From an uncultured Pseudomonadales bacterium (GTDB lineage: Bacteria > Patescibacteriota > Microgenomatia > UBA1400 > PJMF01), in NCBI GenBank assembly GCA_964648715.1, contig CAZYNM010000006.1, positions 15,355-79,354 on the forward strand: a stretch of 64,000 bases of DNA, read 5' to 3'. Position 1 is the first letter of the stretch. Each line of letters begins with the position of its first letter. The translations under genes were made by a program, and so were the position numbers. The notes under the pieces were generated by a model, which saw only the letters and a program-made list of their open reading frames with translations, made no database searches and was not told the origin of the DNA. Of this stretch, positions 47,600-56,653 are shown in pieces.

Positions 47600-48019
47600 A
47601 TGGCGTTATCACAGATAGGTATTGTTGGGGCAGCATCGGTAGCACAGTTTGTGATGGGTGCTGTTTGGTATACTCCGTTATTTGGAAAGCTGTGGGGAAA
47701 AATTCATGGTTTTGACAAACTGGATGCCAAAACTCAGCAGGCAATGATGCGCAAAATGGGCCCTTTATTTGCAGGACAGTTTGCGGTGACCGTGCTCACG
47801 TCAGTTGTCATGGTTGCCATGCAAATGCTACTTCCTACTATCTCTCTGTCGCTGCTCGTCGCACTTATATGGGTTGGTTTTGTGGTTCCTGCACAAGTGG
47901 GTGGTGTGCTCTTTGGTGGCACCAAGCCACAGTGGATGTTTGCCAAAATGCTCGTTCAAGCTGGTGGTTCACTGGCCTGCTTATATGTAGGTGCATATGT
48001 GATAACAGCTTTGAGTTAA
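47600..48019 (+). CDS. DUF1761-like membrane protein
   Basis: GAVWYTPLFGKLW motif, four TMs. Confidence 0.75.
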   Translation: MALSQIGIVGAASVAQFVMGAVWYTPLFGKLWGKIHGFDKLDAKTQQAMMRKMGPLFAGQFAVTVLTSVVMVAMQMLLPTISLSLLVALIWVGFVVPAQVGGVLFGGTKPQWMFAKMLVQAGGSLACLYVGAYVITALS

Positions 48020-48022
48020 TGA

Positions 48023-48406
48023 TTACTTGAGCCACTGCTGCAGTTCCCAGATGTGCCCATCTGGATCGGTAAAGTATGCAGTTCGTTGTCCCCAAGGTTG
48101 GGTGGTGGGAGCTGCAATGAAAGGGACGCCTTTTGCCAGAAGTGCAGTGTAGTCTGCATCAATATCTCTGCTATCGGAAAATGAATAAACCGCTCCCCCA
48201 CTCTGTTTCAGAACCCCAGGAGGGAATAGTTTCTCAAGGTGAGAACGTCCATAAATTGCAAGGAAACAATTGACAAGACCAAACTGACAGAACTCTTCTG
48301 AAGCTACTTCACGCACAATAGGAAATCCTAAAGTGTCCGCGTAAAAACTACGCGCGTTTGAATAGTCGTCGGTGGTAAGAATAATCCAACGTACTGCATG
48401 ATCCAT
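48023..48406 (-). CDS. VOC/glyoxalase family protein
   Basis: FYADTLGF, PWGQRTAYFTDPDGHIWEL. Confidence 0.9.
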   Translation of the reverse strand: MDHAVRWIILTTDDYSNARSFYADTLGFPIVREVASEEFCQFGLVNCFLAIYGRSHLEKLFPPGVLKQSGGAVYSFSDSRDIDADYTALLAKGVPFIAAPTTQPWGQRTAYFTDPDGHIWELQQWLK

Positions 48407-48478
48407 AGTACTACTTTACCAAGTATTCTCCAATATAGTAGCACACGTACATACTTACGTAATCATCTAGGGAAGAAT

Positions 48479-48838
48479 TTAAGGATACCTCTGGAGCTTA
48501 TATACAAAGAAATATCCTGGGAGCACCGCTTGCACGTCAAAAGGTGCTTCACCAGTGACATTGATTCTTGAAGCTTGTTGTACAGCTTGTGTCTTTACTT
48601 CAGCTGCGTTCTTCCCAGGGTTAATGGCGTCAGCAACGGCCTGGAGCTCTGTGTTGTTTAGTGAAGAAATTTTAGCGAGGAAATCTGTTTTGTCTCCCAG
48701 CAGCTGTGCCAATTCCTCTGCAGTAATACTGAGGGCACCCCCTTGCTCATTCAAGGGTAACGTTGGCATGCGAGGAATGTCTAGCACAGGTGCTTTTATT
48801 TCTTGTGAATGTTCAATTTGAGATGCAGCTTCATTCAT
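48479..48838 (-). CDS. Hypothetical protein
   Basis: 119-aa ORF, no recognised motif. Confidence 0.55.
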   Translation of the reverse strand: MNEAASQIEHSQEIKAPVLDIPRMPTLPLNEQGGALSITAEELAQLLGDKTDFLAKISSLNNTELQAVADAINPGKNAAEVKTQAVQQASRINVTGEAPFDVQAVLPGYFFVYKLQRYP

Positions 48839-48993
48839 ATAAAGTCCTTTATATTTTTCACTGTAGCAGACGTGGTGCTCTAAGTAAAACAGGAAATTGT
48901 GTCTAGAAATAACAGAACTATGTAAATTTGCAGTATTTTTCTTACTACCATACTCTACGCTGTCACCGACAGGTTTCTGTTGAGTAAAGTGGG

Positions 48994-49230
48994 ATGAGTG
49001 ATCTGGGTGTGATTAAAGAAAACCAAGGTGAGTACGATGTTATTCATTTTGTGTATGCACAAGAGGATGTGACGGGTGTTCCAAAGCTTTGTGAGCCTGA
49101 GAAGTGTGAGCGTTGGGAGTGGCTGAGTCCTGGTGAGATTGATGAGCGAATGGTACGCGGGCACTTGCTTGCTCTTGAGATGCATCACGAAGGGAAAAGT
49201 TGTATTGATTGGGTGGGTGTTGAAAAATGA
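48994..49230 (+). pseudogene. C-terminal fragment of a NUDIX hydrolase
   Basis: IHFVY...PKLCEPEKCERWEW resembles a NUDIX C-terminus; no Nudix box upstream. Confidence 0.5.
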
Positions 49231-49233
49231 TCG

Positions 49234-51153
49234 TTATTCCACCATCTGCATTGACCAAAACTTGTCATAGAGATTGCCTGGTTCTGCAATCAGGTTAGCG
49301 TGTGTCCCCTGCTGGACAATTTTGCCGGCATCGATCACGTATATATAGTCTGCTTTGCGAGCAACACTCATCCGGTGAGTAATAAAAAGTATGCCTGCAT
49401 TCTCTTTGTACTTTTGGAGCTGCTTGAGAACTAAGAACTCTTTTTCTGCATCCAACTGACTACTGCCTTCGTCAAAAATAAGGAACGGTCGGCGCTGAAT
49501 AAGTGAACGTGCCAAGGCGAGCAACTGCCGTTGACCTCCAGAAAACGAGGTATCTTCATCTACTACTGTTTCCAGTTTTTTAGGAAGCTCTGCAATCAGT
49601 TTCTCCAATTCCAGATCGTGCAGTACTTCTTTCATTCTTTGTTCGGCATCTTTGATATGTTCTGAACCCATCAGTAAGTTTGCTGCAAGTGATTGGCGTT
49701 CCATGATGAATGGTTGTTGCGTGAGCCAGCTAAAGAGTTGAATAACTTGATCTGGCTTATATTCATATATTGGTGTGCCATCAAGCAGCACTGAGCCAGC
49801 TGTAGGCTCGTAGTGATGCTGAAGCAAGTGAGTGATTGTAGTCTTTCCGGAACCGTTTCTACCCACGAGCGCCACAATTTTTCCTTTTTCTAAGGAAAGA
49901 GATACATCTTTGAGGACTTCTTGTGGCTTGGAAGTATCTTGAAGTACTGCTTGGATCTCGGCCATTTCGCGGCTGCGATTGCCATTATTTTCTTGAATGA
50001 ATTTCTTAATTCGATTGGTTAAGAACTCTAAATATGCACGTTCATCTTCAGTGTGACTTGGGTATGAAAAGTAAACGTTTTGTAACGTAACTGCAGAAAT
50101 TGAATCTGGAAGTGCCACGGGATTTTCAACTGATTTAATACGTGACTGCATTGAAAAGTAAAACCCCAATTTAGTAAATGAAAAATCTATATCTTCCCAA
50201 TCTGAGATAGAGCTAATAATGCTAGTAAAGAAGTTATTGATCTGCTGAGTATAGGAAACTACCAGCATGAAAGTACCAATACTTATCTGTCCTTGCATGA
50301 CTTGATAGCCAATGAAGATGTTGGTAATCAGTAGCAAGCTGTTATCAAGCACCCATCTGATCCCAATCAGCTGCGTTCGTGCAGCATCACGCTCCAGTGA
50401 TGCTGTGTCAGATTCATCTTTAATTTTTTCATACTTATCAATCAGTAAGTCAACATTTCCCATCATTCTAATTTCATAGAACTGTTCCATTAATAAATCT
50501 TGAATCCTGTATAACTTGTCATTTATTCTTGACTCAGTAATACTGTACTCTTCACTTTGTGATCTGAGGTACTTTGAAATAATCATCTGGCCGATTGCCA
50601 CAACTAAAATTAATACTAAAAGCTTCCAGCTGACTAATGCCAGAAGTGGAAGAATTGCCAAGAAATTTACTACATTTGAAAAGCGTTCAGTTACAAATCG
50701 AAATGCTGCAACTACCGTGTCGGAAGCATACAAAGCATCGGAAAACATTTTCTTGTTCCGTTTACTTTGAAAGAATCCTGCATCAAGCACAGTAAGTTTC
50801 CCCCAAATTAGCTTTTGGGTTGTTATGCTTATTTTTGTACGAAGTTGTGTCAAGAATTTATACTCAAAAAGAGAGAGTGCATGGCTTGTAATGAACTGTA
50901 GTCCCAATGGGATTATCAGCAAAATGATAAAAAGCACCAGAGGATTGGCGTGCACAAAATAAAGAACGGATTGCTGTTTTTCAAGTTGGTCTACCTGCAG
51001 TTTAAGAAAAAACGGAATAACCGCAGCAAGCATCGCTCCGATGGTGCTGACGACAAAGTAGCCCACTAAGTACGATTTGTGTTGCTGAAGAATGGAAAGA
51101 ATGAAGCGGAGCTTGTCTCTGAACGTTTTCAACGATACGTTGCTTGAGTTCAT
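49234..51153 (-). CDS. ABC exporter, fused permease and ATPase
   Basis: TM domain plus GRNGSGKTT, FSGGQRQ, LIFDE, ITHR. Confidence 0.92.
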   Translation of the reverse strand: MNSSNVSLKTFRDKLRFILSILQQHKSYLVGYFVVSTIGAMLAAVIPFFLKLQVDQLEKQQSVLYFVHANPLVLFIILLIIPLGLQFITSHALSLFEYKFLTQLRTKISITTQKLIWGKLTVLDAGFFQSKRNKKMFSDALYASDTVVAAFRFVTERFSNVVNFLAILPLLALVSWKLLVLILVVAIGQMIISKYLRSQSEEYSITESRINDKLYRIQDLLMEQFYEIRMMGNVDLLIDKYEKIKDESDTASLERDAARTQLIGIRWVLDNSLLLITNIFIGYQVMQGQISIGTFMLVVSYTQQINNFFTSIISSISDWEDIDFSFTKLGFYFSMQSRIKSVENPVALPDSISAVTLQNVYFSYPSHTEDERAYLEFLTNRIKKFIQENNGNRSREMAEIQAVLQDTSKPQEVLKDVSLSLEKGKIVALVGRNGSGKTTITHLLQHHYEPTAGSVLLDGTPIYEYKPDQVIQLFSWLTQQPFIMERQSLAANLLMGSEHIKDAEQRMKEVLHDLELEKLIAELPKKLETVVDEDTSFSGGQRQLLALARSLIQRRPFLIFDEGSSQLDAEKEFLVLKQLQKYKENAGILFITHRMSVARKADYIYVIDAGKIVQQGTHANLIAEPGNLYDKFWSMQMVE

Positions 51154-51161
51154 AGCTTGTA

Positions 51162-51332
51162 TTATACATCAGCGTTAAAAAACTCTCTCAAGAGAGCAAT
51201 GGCAGAGTCTGAATAGTCTGTGATGAGTGTGGTGAGTTCTTGTGCGCTGATGCCGTAGTCACCAAACCACTTGCGGTCTAGGGCGACGGCAGTGGGGATG
51301 ATGTGCGTGGTAAGTGGAGTCGGGTGGGGCAT
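51162..51332 (-). pseudogene. 56-aa ORF, possible N-terminal gene remnant
   Basis: MPHPTPLTTHIIPTAVALDRKWFGDYGISAQEL...; its end overlaps the promoter of the ABC gene. Confidence 0.3.
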
Positions 51333-51341
51333 GAAACTAGA

Positions 51342-52595
51342 TTAAACTTTGTTTAAAATACCTTCCATTTTCTTCAATCCACTTAAGATAAAATGAAAGC
51401 GATTAGCAAAATAAAGATTTAAATAGTATTCAGCAATTTTTACAGGATACAAAGTACTTACTTTTTCAGAACTATATTTGCCTGTTATTACACTGATTCT
51501 TTCTTGACCATGTACGATCCTGTTCCTAAATCGATACAAGTCTTCGATGATTTTCTCAATACTATTTGCTTGCAAACTATCTTTTGCAATTTGATTAGAA
51601 ATTAGCACAGCCTTATTCTCTTTGGTGTCTGTCTCTCCTTTTAAGGGTGACAGTGCGTCAAAAGCAGTGGTCAAAAATACAGCCTTTGTATGAATTTGCT
51701 CGGATTTACTTGCTTCATAAAGCCAGTAGCTCGCACTCAAAATGCTTGCTTGTTGTTCTTGAGCTCGAGCTAATGTTTTTTTACTACGAGTTAGTTTTTT
51801 AAGTAGAATCATTATGCCATTATTTATTTCTTCTAAGTAGCTGATATTTTGTTTAGTTAAATTAAACTTAAGCTTATTAAGCAATATGTTGTCCTCCTGT
51901 GATTTATTAAATTGTTTAATTTCATCAGTATCTTGAAAAGCAAAACAATTAAATATCTGATTTGAAAAATGTGATGGGTCACTAGTTATAATAAGAATCT
52001 TCATTGCTAAATAAATACCAAGCACGCATTTATAAATATATAGAGGATCAGTAATATTTAAATTAATTACATCACCAAATTCTCCAATATAACCACTCCC
52101 AGATATTTTTAAAATAATGTCACCAGGCTTAAATATGTTTGTATGTTTTCTTTTAATTAGGGTGGTTAGATACTCATCTCTTGAGTTATCTGGAAAGTAT
52201 TTGTTTATCCATGCTTCATCTATAGTAAATATTTCTATATTCCAAGCTAGTTTGGCAGTAAGTTTAATAGGGGATTCAGGCAATAAAAAAAGAAAATCAT
52301 AGCTGAGTGGCAGAGTATTTAAAAACTTATCAATTTCATTTGTGATTTCTTCAAGATTGAGTTTAGTTACTTCAGCCATTTTCCTACTACCAGAATACAA
52401 ATGAGACGGCAGACCTAATATACACTTAAAACATTTTCCCGTTATATAAGAAAAAATAGTTTTCTCATCAACTCCATTTTTGTATTTAGATGCTAGTTCT
52501 TGAACTAACTTATCATCTAAACTATTCATTTCAGGAATTCCATTTGTAAAGACAAAATTTGATATAAGGTTTTTAATAATGCTAGTGTTAGACAT
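51342..52595 (-). CDS. HEPN-domain protein (Apea-like HEPN), putative defence RNase
   Basis: C-terminal LTTAFDAL...LYRFRNRIVHG (Rx4H); very AT-rich compared with its flanks. Confidence 0.65.
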   Translation of the reverse strand: MSNTSIIKNLISNFVFTNGIPEMNSLDDKLVQELASKYKNGVDEKTIFSYITGKCFKCILGLPSHLYSGSRKMAEVTKLNLEEITNEIDKFLNTLPLSYDFLFLLPESPIKLTAKLAWNIEIFTIDEAWINKYFPDNSRDEYLTTLIKRKHTNIFKPGDIILKISGSGYIGEFGDVINLNITDPLYIYKCVLGIYLAMKILIITSDPSHFSNQIFNCFAFQDTDEIKQFNKSQEDNILLNKLKFNLTKQNISYLEEINNGIMILLKKLTRSKKTLARAQEQQASILSASYWLYEASKSEQIHTKAVFLTTAFDALSPLKGETDTKENKAVLISNQIAKDSLQANSIEKIIEDLYRFRNRIVHGQERISVITGKYSSEKVSTLYPVKIAEYYLNLYFANRFHFILSGLKKMEGILNKV

Positions 52596-52614
52596 ACATA
52601 AAATTATTTTGAAA

Positions 52615-55458
52615 TCAACTTAATTTTAACTCACTCCCTTGCTCCAACTTACTATTCGTCTTCTGCTCCACCCACTGCTGCCACTCAGCACTCGGCATGG
52701 TTGGCACACTCACAGTGGCCGTGTCACTCAGTGACATGCCCGCTGCTTTGCGTAGGTTTTGAATGCTGCGGACGAGTTCGCGCGCCGTGCCTTCTTCCTT
52801 CAGCTCAGGGGTCAAGTTGGTGTCCAGCGTGACAGTAGTTTCACTGCCCTTTTCCCAGACCACTGCTTTGACGTTGACTTCAGAAAGCAAGACTTCCAGT
52901 ACCGCATCACTTGGTTTTTCATACTGTGACTTCACCGTTACAGTGGCCAGTGGCTGGCGGACTTTGACACCACTCTCTTGTCGTTGTGCCAGGGTTTTCT
53001 CCACTACTTCACGTACCACGGTCATACTCTCTTCTAGTTTTGCATCAGTATTTTTTGCCAAGTCTGCTGGCCAGTCAGTATGATGAATACTCGTACTTTC
53101 ATCCACTAACGTCTGCCAGACAAAATCACTAAAGAACGGTGTGAACGGTGCAGCCAATTGTGCCAAACGCACCAGCACCACGCCATAGAGATGCAGTGAG
53201 TCAGCTTTGCCTGCTCCATCGCGCATCTGGTCTCGTGAGCGGCGGACGTACCAGTTGGACAGATCAGAGATAAAGCCCATGATGGCACGAGAAGCCCGCA
53301 CCACATCATAGTTATCCATGGCGGTGGTGACTTCACCAGTCAGTGTGCCCAAACGGCTCCAGATCCAGCGATCCATCTCAGTGGCAGGTGTGGGCTCACG
53401 ATTCAGGTCAACTGCCAGTTCACCAGCATTGAGTTTGTAGAACGAAATACAGTTCCACCAGATCACAAAGATTTTTTTCCTGATTTCATTGACTTCTGTT
53501 TCAGAAAAGTTGAGGTTTTCGCCACGCATCACTGGTGAGCTCATCAAGTACAAGCGCAAACTATCGCTGCCGATTTCGTTGATGATCTTCATCGGATCAG
53601 GATAGTTTTTCTTGGACTTAGACATTTTATTGCCATCTTCCGCGAGCACTGTTCCAGTCGTGAGCGTGTTTTCTACCGCCAGCTTGCCAAAGACACCCAC
53701 AGACATGACGTGCATGGTGTAGAACCAAGCGCGGGTCTGGGCGATGTACTCAGAGACAAACTGTGCAGGATAGGTGGACTCAAACAACTCTTTGTTTTCA
53801 AATGGATAGTGCTTGGAGGCAAATGGCATTGAGCCAGACTCCACCCAACAGTCAAAGACTTCTTTGGTGCGGCGGCCTTTGATGGTGCGCTCGTCGTCTA
53901 CCCAGACTTCGATATGATCCAAGAATTCACGGTGAATGTCGGTCAGGCCTTCTACTTGGGATGGATCAACTGCCCATTTTTTGAACTCTTCAATACTGCC
54001 AACGATGCGGCGTTTCTTGGCAGGTTTGCCTTTTTCGTCCACTGCCTCGGCTTCCCAGATTGGCATTGGCGTGCCCCAGTAGCGTGAGCGGGAGATGTTC
54101 CAGTCTGGAGCGGTTTCCAGCCCTTTGCCAAAACGGCCATGTTTGAGATGTTCTGGGTACCAGTTCATGAACTCATTTTGGGCGATTAATTGTGACTTTA
54201 GTTTTTGCACATCGATAAACCAAGCTGGCAGCGGTGCATAGTACAAGCGGGTACTACAGCGGTAACACTCAGCCACACTGTGGGTGTGCGGATCTTCTCG
54301 GTACATCAGTCCGCGCTCTGCTAAATCTGTATTGATCAGTGGATTGGCTTTGAGGATAAACATGCCAGCCCAAGGCGTCACTTCTGCTTTCAGCTTGCCT
54401 TCTTCATCCACATGTTCCACCATCTGGATGTTCTGCTCTTGCATGACTTTAAAGTCTTCTTCGCCGTAAACAGCCAGAGTGACAACGCCAGTGCCTTCTT
54501 CTGCAGTGACGAATGGATCGGCCACGATCACGCCTGCGCGCTTGCCTTCACGATCTGGGTAAAAGTCGTAGTGTAGTTCAAACTCAAACTGCTCCAGCTC
54601 ACTGCCTTGGTAGGTAGCCACAACTTCGTATGGCGCGTCGGTGAGCATCTTTAAAGCAGTTTCAGCCAAGATATAAAACTCATTATTTTGTTTGACTTTG
54701 ACGTAGGTCAGTTCTGGATTTACAGCGAGAGCTGGGGTGGCTAGTTTGTTCCAAGGTGTGGTGGACCAAGCTAGGATGAAGGTGGGCTCGTTGGCGGGCG
54801 CATTCTTGATTTTATATTTATAGGTATTGGAAGGTTCTGTCACTTCGCGGTAACTGTTGTCCATCGCAATCTCAAAGTTGGAAAGCGGTGTGGCACAGCG
54901 TGGACAGTACAAAATCACTTTGCGGCCTTCATAGACCAAACCTTTTTCCCAGAGTTGTTGGAAACCCCACCAGACACTTTCCATGAAGGTAGTGTCCATG
55001 GTTTTGTAGTTGTGTTCAAAGTCTGCCCAACGACCAAGGCGGCCGATGATCTTTTCCCACTCTTTGTCCAAGCGCAGTACTTCTGCACGGCAAGCGGCGT
55101 TGAACGTATCGATGCCCAGGGCTTCAATACCTTTTTTGCCTCCTTTTATATCAAGTTGTTTCTCGATCATGTTTTCGATTGGTAAACCGTGACAGTCCCA
55201 TCCCCAAATTCTTTCAACGCGGTAGCCTTTCATCGTCCAGTACCGTGGAATGACATCTTTACTAGTAGAACCCAGCAAGTGGCCATAGTGTGGCATACCT
55301 GTCGCAAAGGGAGGCCCATCGTAGAACACATACTGTTTGTCGGCAGGGCGCATCTCCACTGATTTTTCAAAAGCTTTGGTGTCTATCCAGAACTGCAAGA
55401 CTTCCTCTTCCACTGCGGGGAGGTTGACTGATTTTGGTAATGCTTTAACTTTGTTCAT
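52615..55458 (-). CDS. ileS: Isoleucine-tRNA ligase (IleRS2-type)
   Basis: DGPPFATGMPHYGH, GWDCHGLP, WNISRSRYWG, KMSKS; no C-terminal zinc motif. Confidence 0.96.
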   Translation of the reverse strand: MNKVKALPKSVNLPAVEEEVLQFWIDTKAFEKSVEMRPADKQYVFYDGPPFATGMPHYGHLLGSTSKDVIPRYWTMKGYRVERIWGWDCHGLPIENMIEKQLDIKGGKKGIEALGIDTFNAACRAEVLRLDKEWEKIIGRLGRWADFEHNYKTMDTTFMESVWWGFQQLWEKGLVYEGRKVILYCPRCATPLSNFEIAMDNSYREVTEPSNTYKYKIKNAPANEPTFILAWSTTPWNKLATPALAVNPELTYVKVKQNNEFYILAETALKMLTDAPYEVVATYQGSELEQFEFELHYDFYPDREGKRAGVIVADPFVTAEEGTGVVTLAVYGEEDFKVMQEQNIQMVEHVDEEGKLKAEVTPWAGMFILKANPLINTDLAERGLMYREDPHTHSVAECYRCSTRLYYAPLPAWFIDVQKLKSQLIAQNEFMNWYPEHLKHGRFGKGLETAPDWNISRSRYWGTPMPIWEAEAVDEKGKPAKKRRIVGSIEEFKKWAVDPSQVEGLTDIHREFLDHIEVWVDDERTIKGRRTKEVFDCWVESGSMPFASKHYPFENKELFESTYPAQFVSEYIAQTRAWFYTMHVMSVGVFGKLAVENTLTTGTVLAEDGNKMSKSKKNYPDPMKIINEIGSDSLRLYLMSSPVMRGENLNFSETEVNEIRKKIFVIWWNCISFYKLNAGELAVDLNREPTPATEMDRWIWSRLGTLTGEVTTAMDNYDVVRASRAIMGFISDLSNWYVRRSRDQMRDGAGKADSLHLYGVVLVRLAQLAAPFTPFFSDFVWQTLVDESTSIHHTDWPADLAKNTDAKLEESMTVVREVVEKTLAQRQESGVKVRQPLATVTVKSQYEKPSDAVLEVLLSEVNVKAVVWEKGSETTVTLDTNLTPELKEEGTARELVRSIQNLRKAAGMSLSDTATVSVPTMPSAEWQQWVEQKTNSKLEQGSELKLS

Positions 55459-55485
55459 AGTTTCCTTTAGTTTTTTTGAGGTACT

Positions 55486-55655
55486 AAAAAACCCTCATTC
55501 AACCACGAAAATCGTGATCAAATGAGGGTTCTCTACAAACGGTACCACCTCTGTATTTACTTAATTCCTGCTGTTACGGGCTTACCCGGTACGGTCTACT
55601 TTAGTTCTTCGTACAGCGTGCAGATACTGCGTCCCAGTGATAGCTAAGACATCGC
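55486..55655 (-). promoter_or_regulatory. T-box riboswitch (Ile, AUC specifier) with terminator
   Basis: Specifier loop CUAUCA (ATC at 55639-55641); antiterminator GAGG-UGGUACC-GUU...AAC-CCUC (bulge 55541-55547); terminator hairpin 55490-55530 with U-run. Confidence 0.88.
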
Positions 55656-55656
55656 T

Positions 55657-56523
55657 CTATGGAGTATTCTCTCGTACTCTGGGGTGTCTGTCAATCAAGA
55701 GCGGAGCTTGGGTTTTTTTTTCATTATCTTTGGTTAAGTCATAGTAGGTTAACTCTTCGGGATCCATCCATATTTGCGAGGGATTATCTGGATATGGCGC
55801 GTCAGCACGACTGAGGACGAATAGTTGCGCATTCCTCCGTTCAATCTTGTGGGAAAGAATAAATGGTATTTTAAGATTCTGCATATTGGCAGCATCAAAC
55901 CATTCTTGGGGTGAGCGAGGAAAAGTCTGGACACCCATAGACAATCGTCCTCTCACTGTGTGCCACAACTTTGCCAGCTTGCCAGGAGTTTCTACCACAG
56001 ACATGAGCGCTACACCATCAGGTGCTAGCACTGTGGACAGTCCAGCAAAAAATGACGCGAGTGTCTCTTCATCCATGAACTCGGTAACAAAGTCAAGAAC
56101 AATGAATTTAATACTCCCTGGTTTAAAGATGATTTCTCCCTGCTCATTGGTAGCAGTAGCAATATCTCTGAGATTGATCTGGTGAAAGCGACCTGCTTCT
56201 GACTCATTTAAAATCTTGATAGGTGCTACATTAAAGTCCACGTACACACACTGTTCTTGTGGCAAGTTATTCTGGGCAGCAAGGTCATGAAAGCTGTCAA
56301 TATTGCGTCTGTTGGGGAAAAACCCACCAAGTACACAAACACTGTCTGGTGTTACTTGCGTAAACTCAGGATGTGCGGCGCGTACCAGCTTATCCGTTAC
56401 AAAGCGGTACACAAGAGCATTTTGTGCAAAAAGATGCATATCTGCATCTTTTACTTCATAGTACTTCCGTGATCCCTCAATGATATGCTGAGTTGCTGGG
56501 ACTTGTGCCGAGTTTTCGTGCAT
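55657..56523 (-). CDS. Hypothetical protein, possible class I SAM-methyltransferase fold
   Basis: VYVD, LDFVTEFM...VLAPDGVAL; weak resemblance only. Confidence 0.45.
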   Translation of the reverse strand: MHENSAQVPATQHIIEGSRKYYEVKDADMHLFAQNALVYRFVTDKLVRAAHPEFTQVTPDSVCVLGGFFPNRRNIDSFHDLAAQNNLPQEQCVYVDFNVAPIKILNESEAGRFHQINLRDIATATNEQGEIIFKPGSIKFIVLDFVTEFMDEETLASFFAGLSTVLAPDGVALMSVVETPGKLAKLWHTVRGRLSMGVQTFPRSPQEWFDAANMQNLKIPFILSHKIERRNAQLFVLSRADAPYPDNPSQIWMDPEELTYYDLTKDNEKKTQAPLLIDRHPRVRENTP

Positions 56524-56653
56524 AGAAAAAGATATACCCAGTGTAGCATGAAAATGAAGTGAAAGGTGTGAAACTCTCGGCCGTGGTTGCCCATGACCGA
56601 GAGCGAATTCACAAGGTACTACTTACAAAAACTAAAATGCTGTTCTGTGCCGC

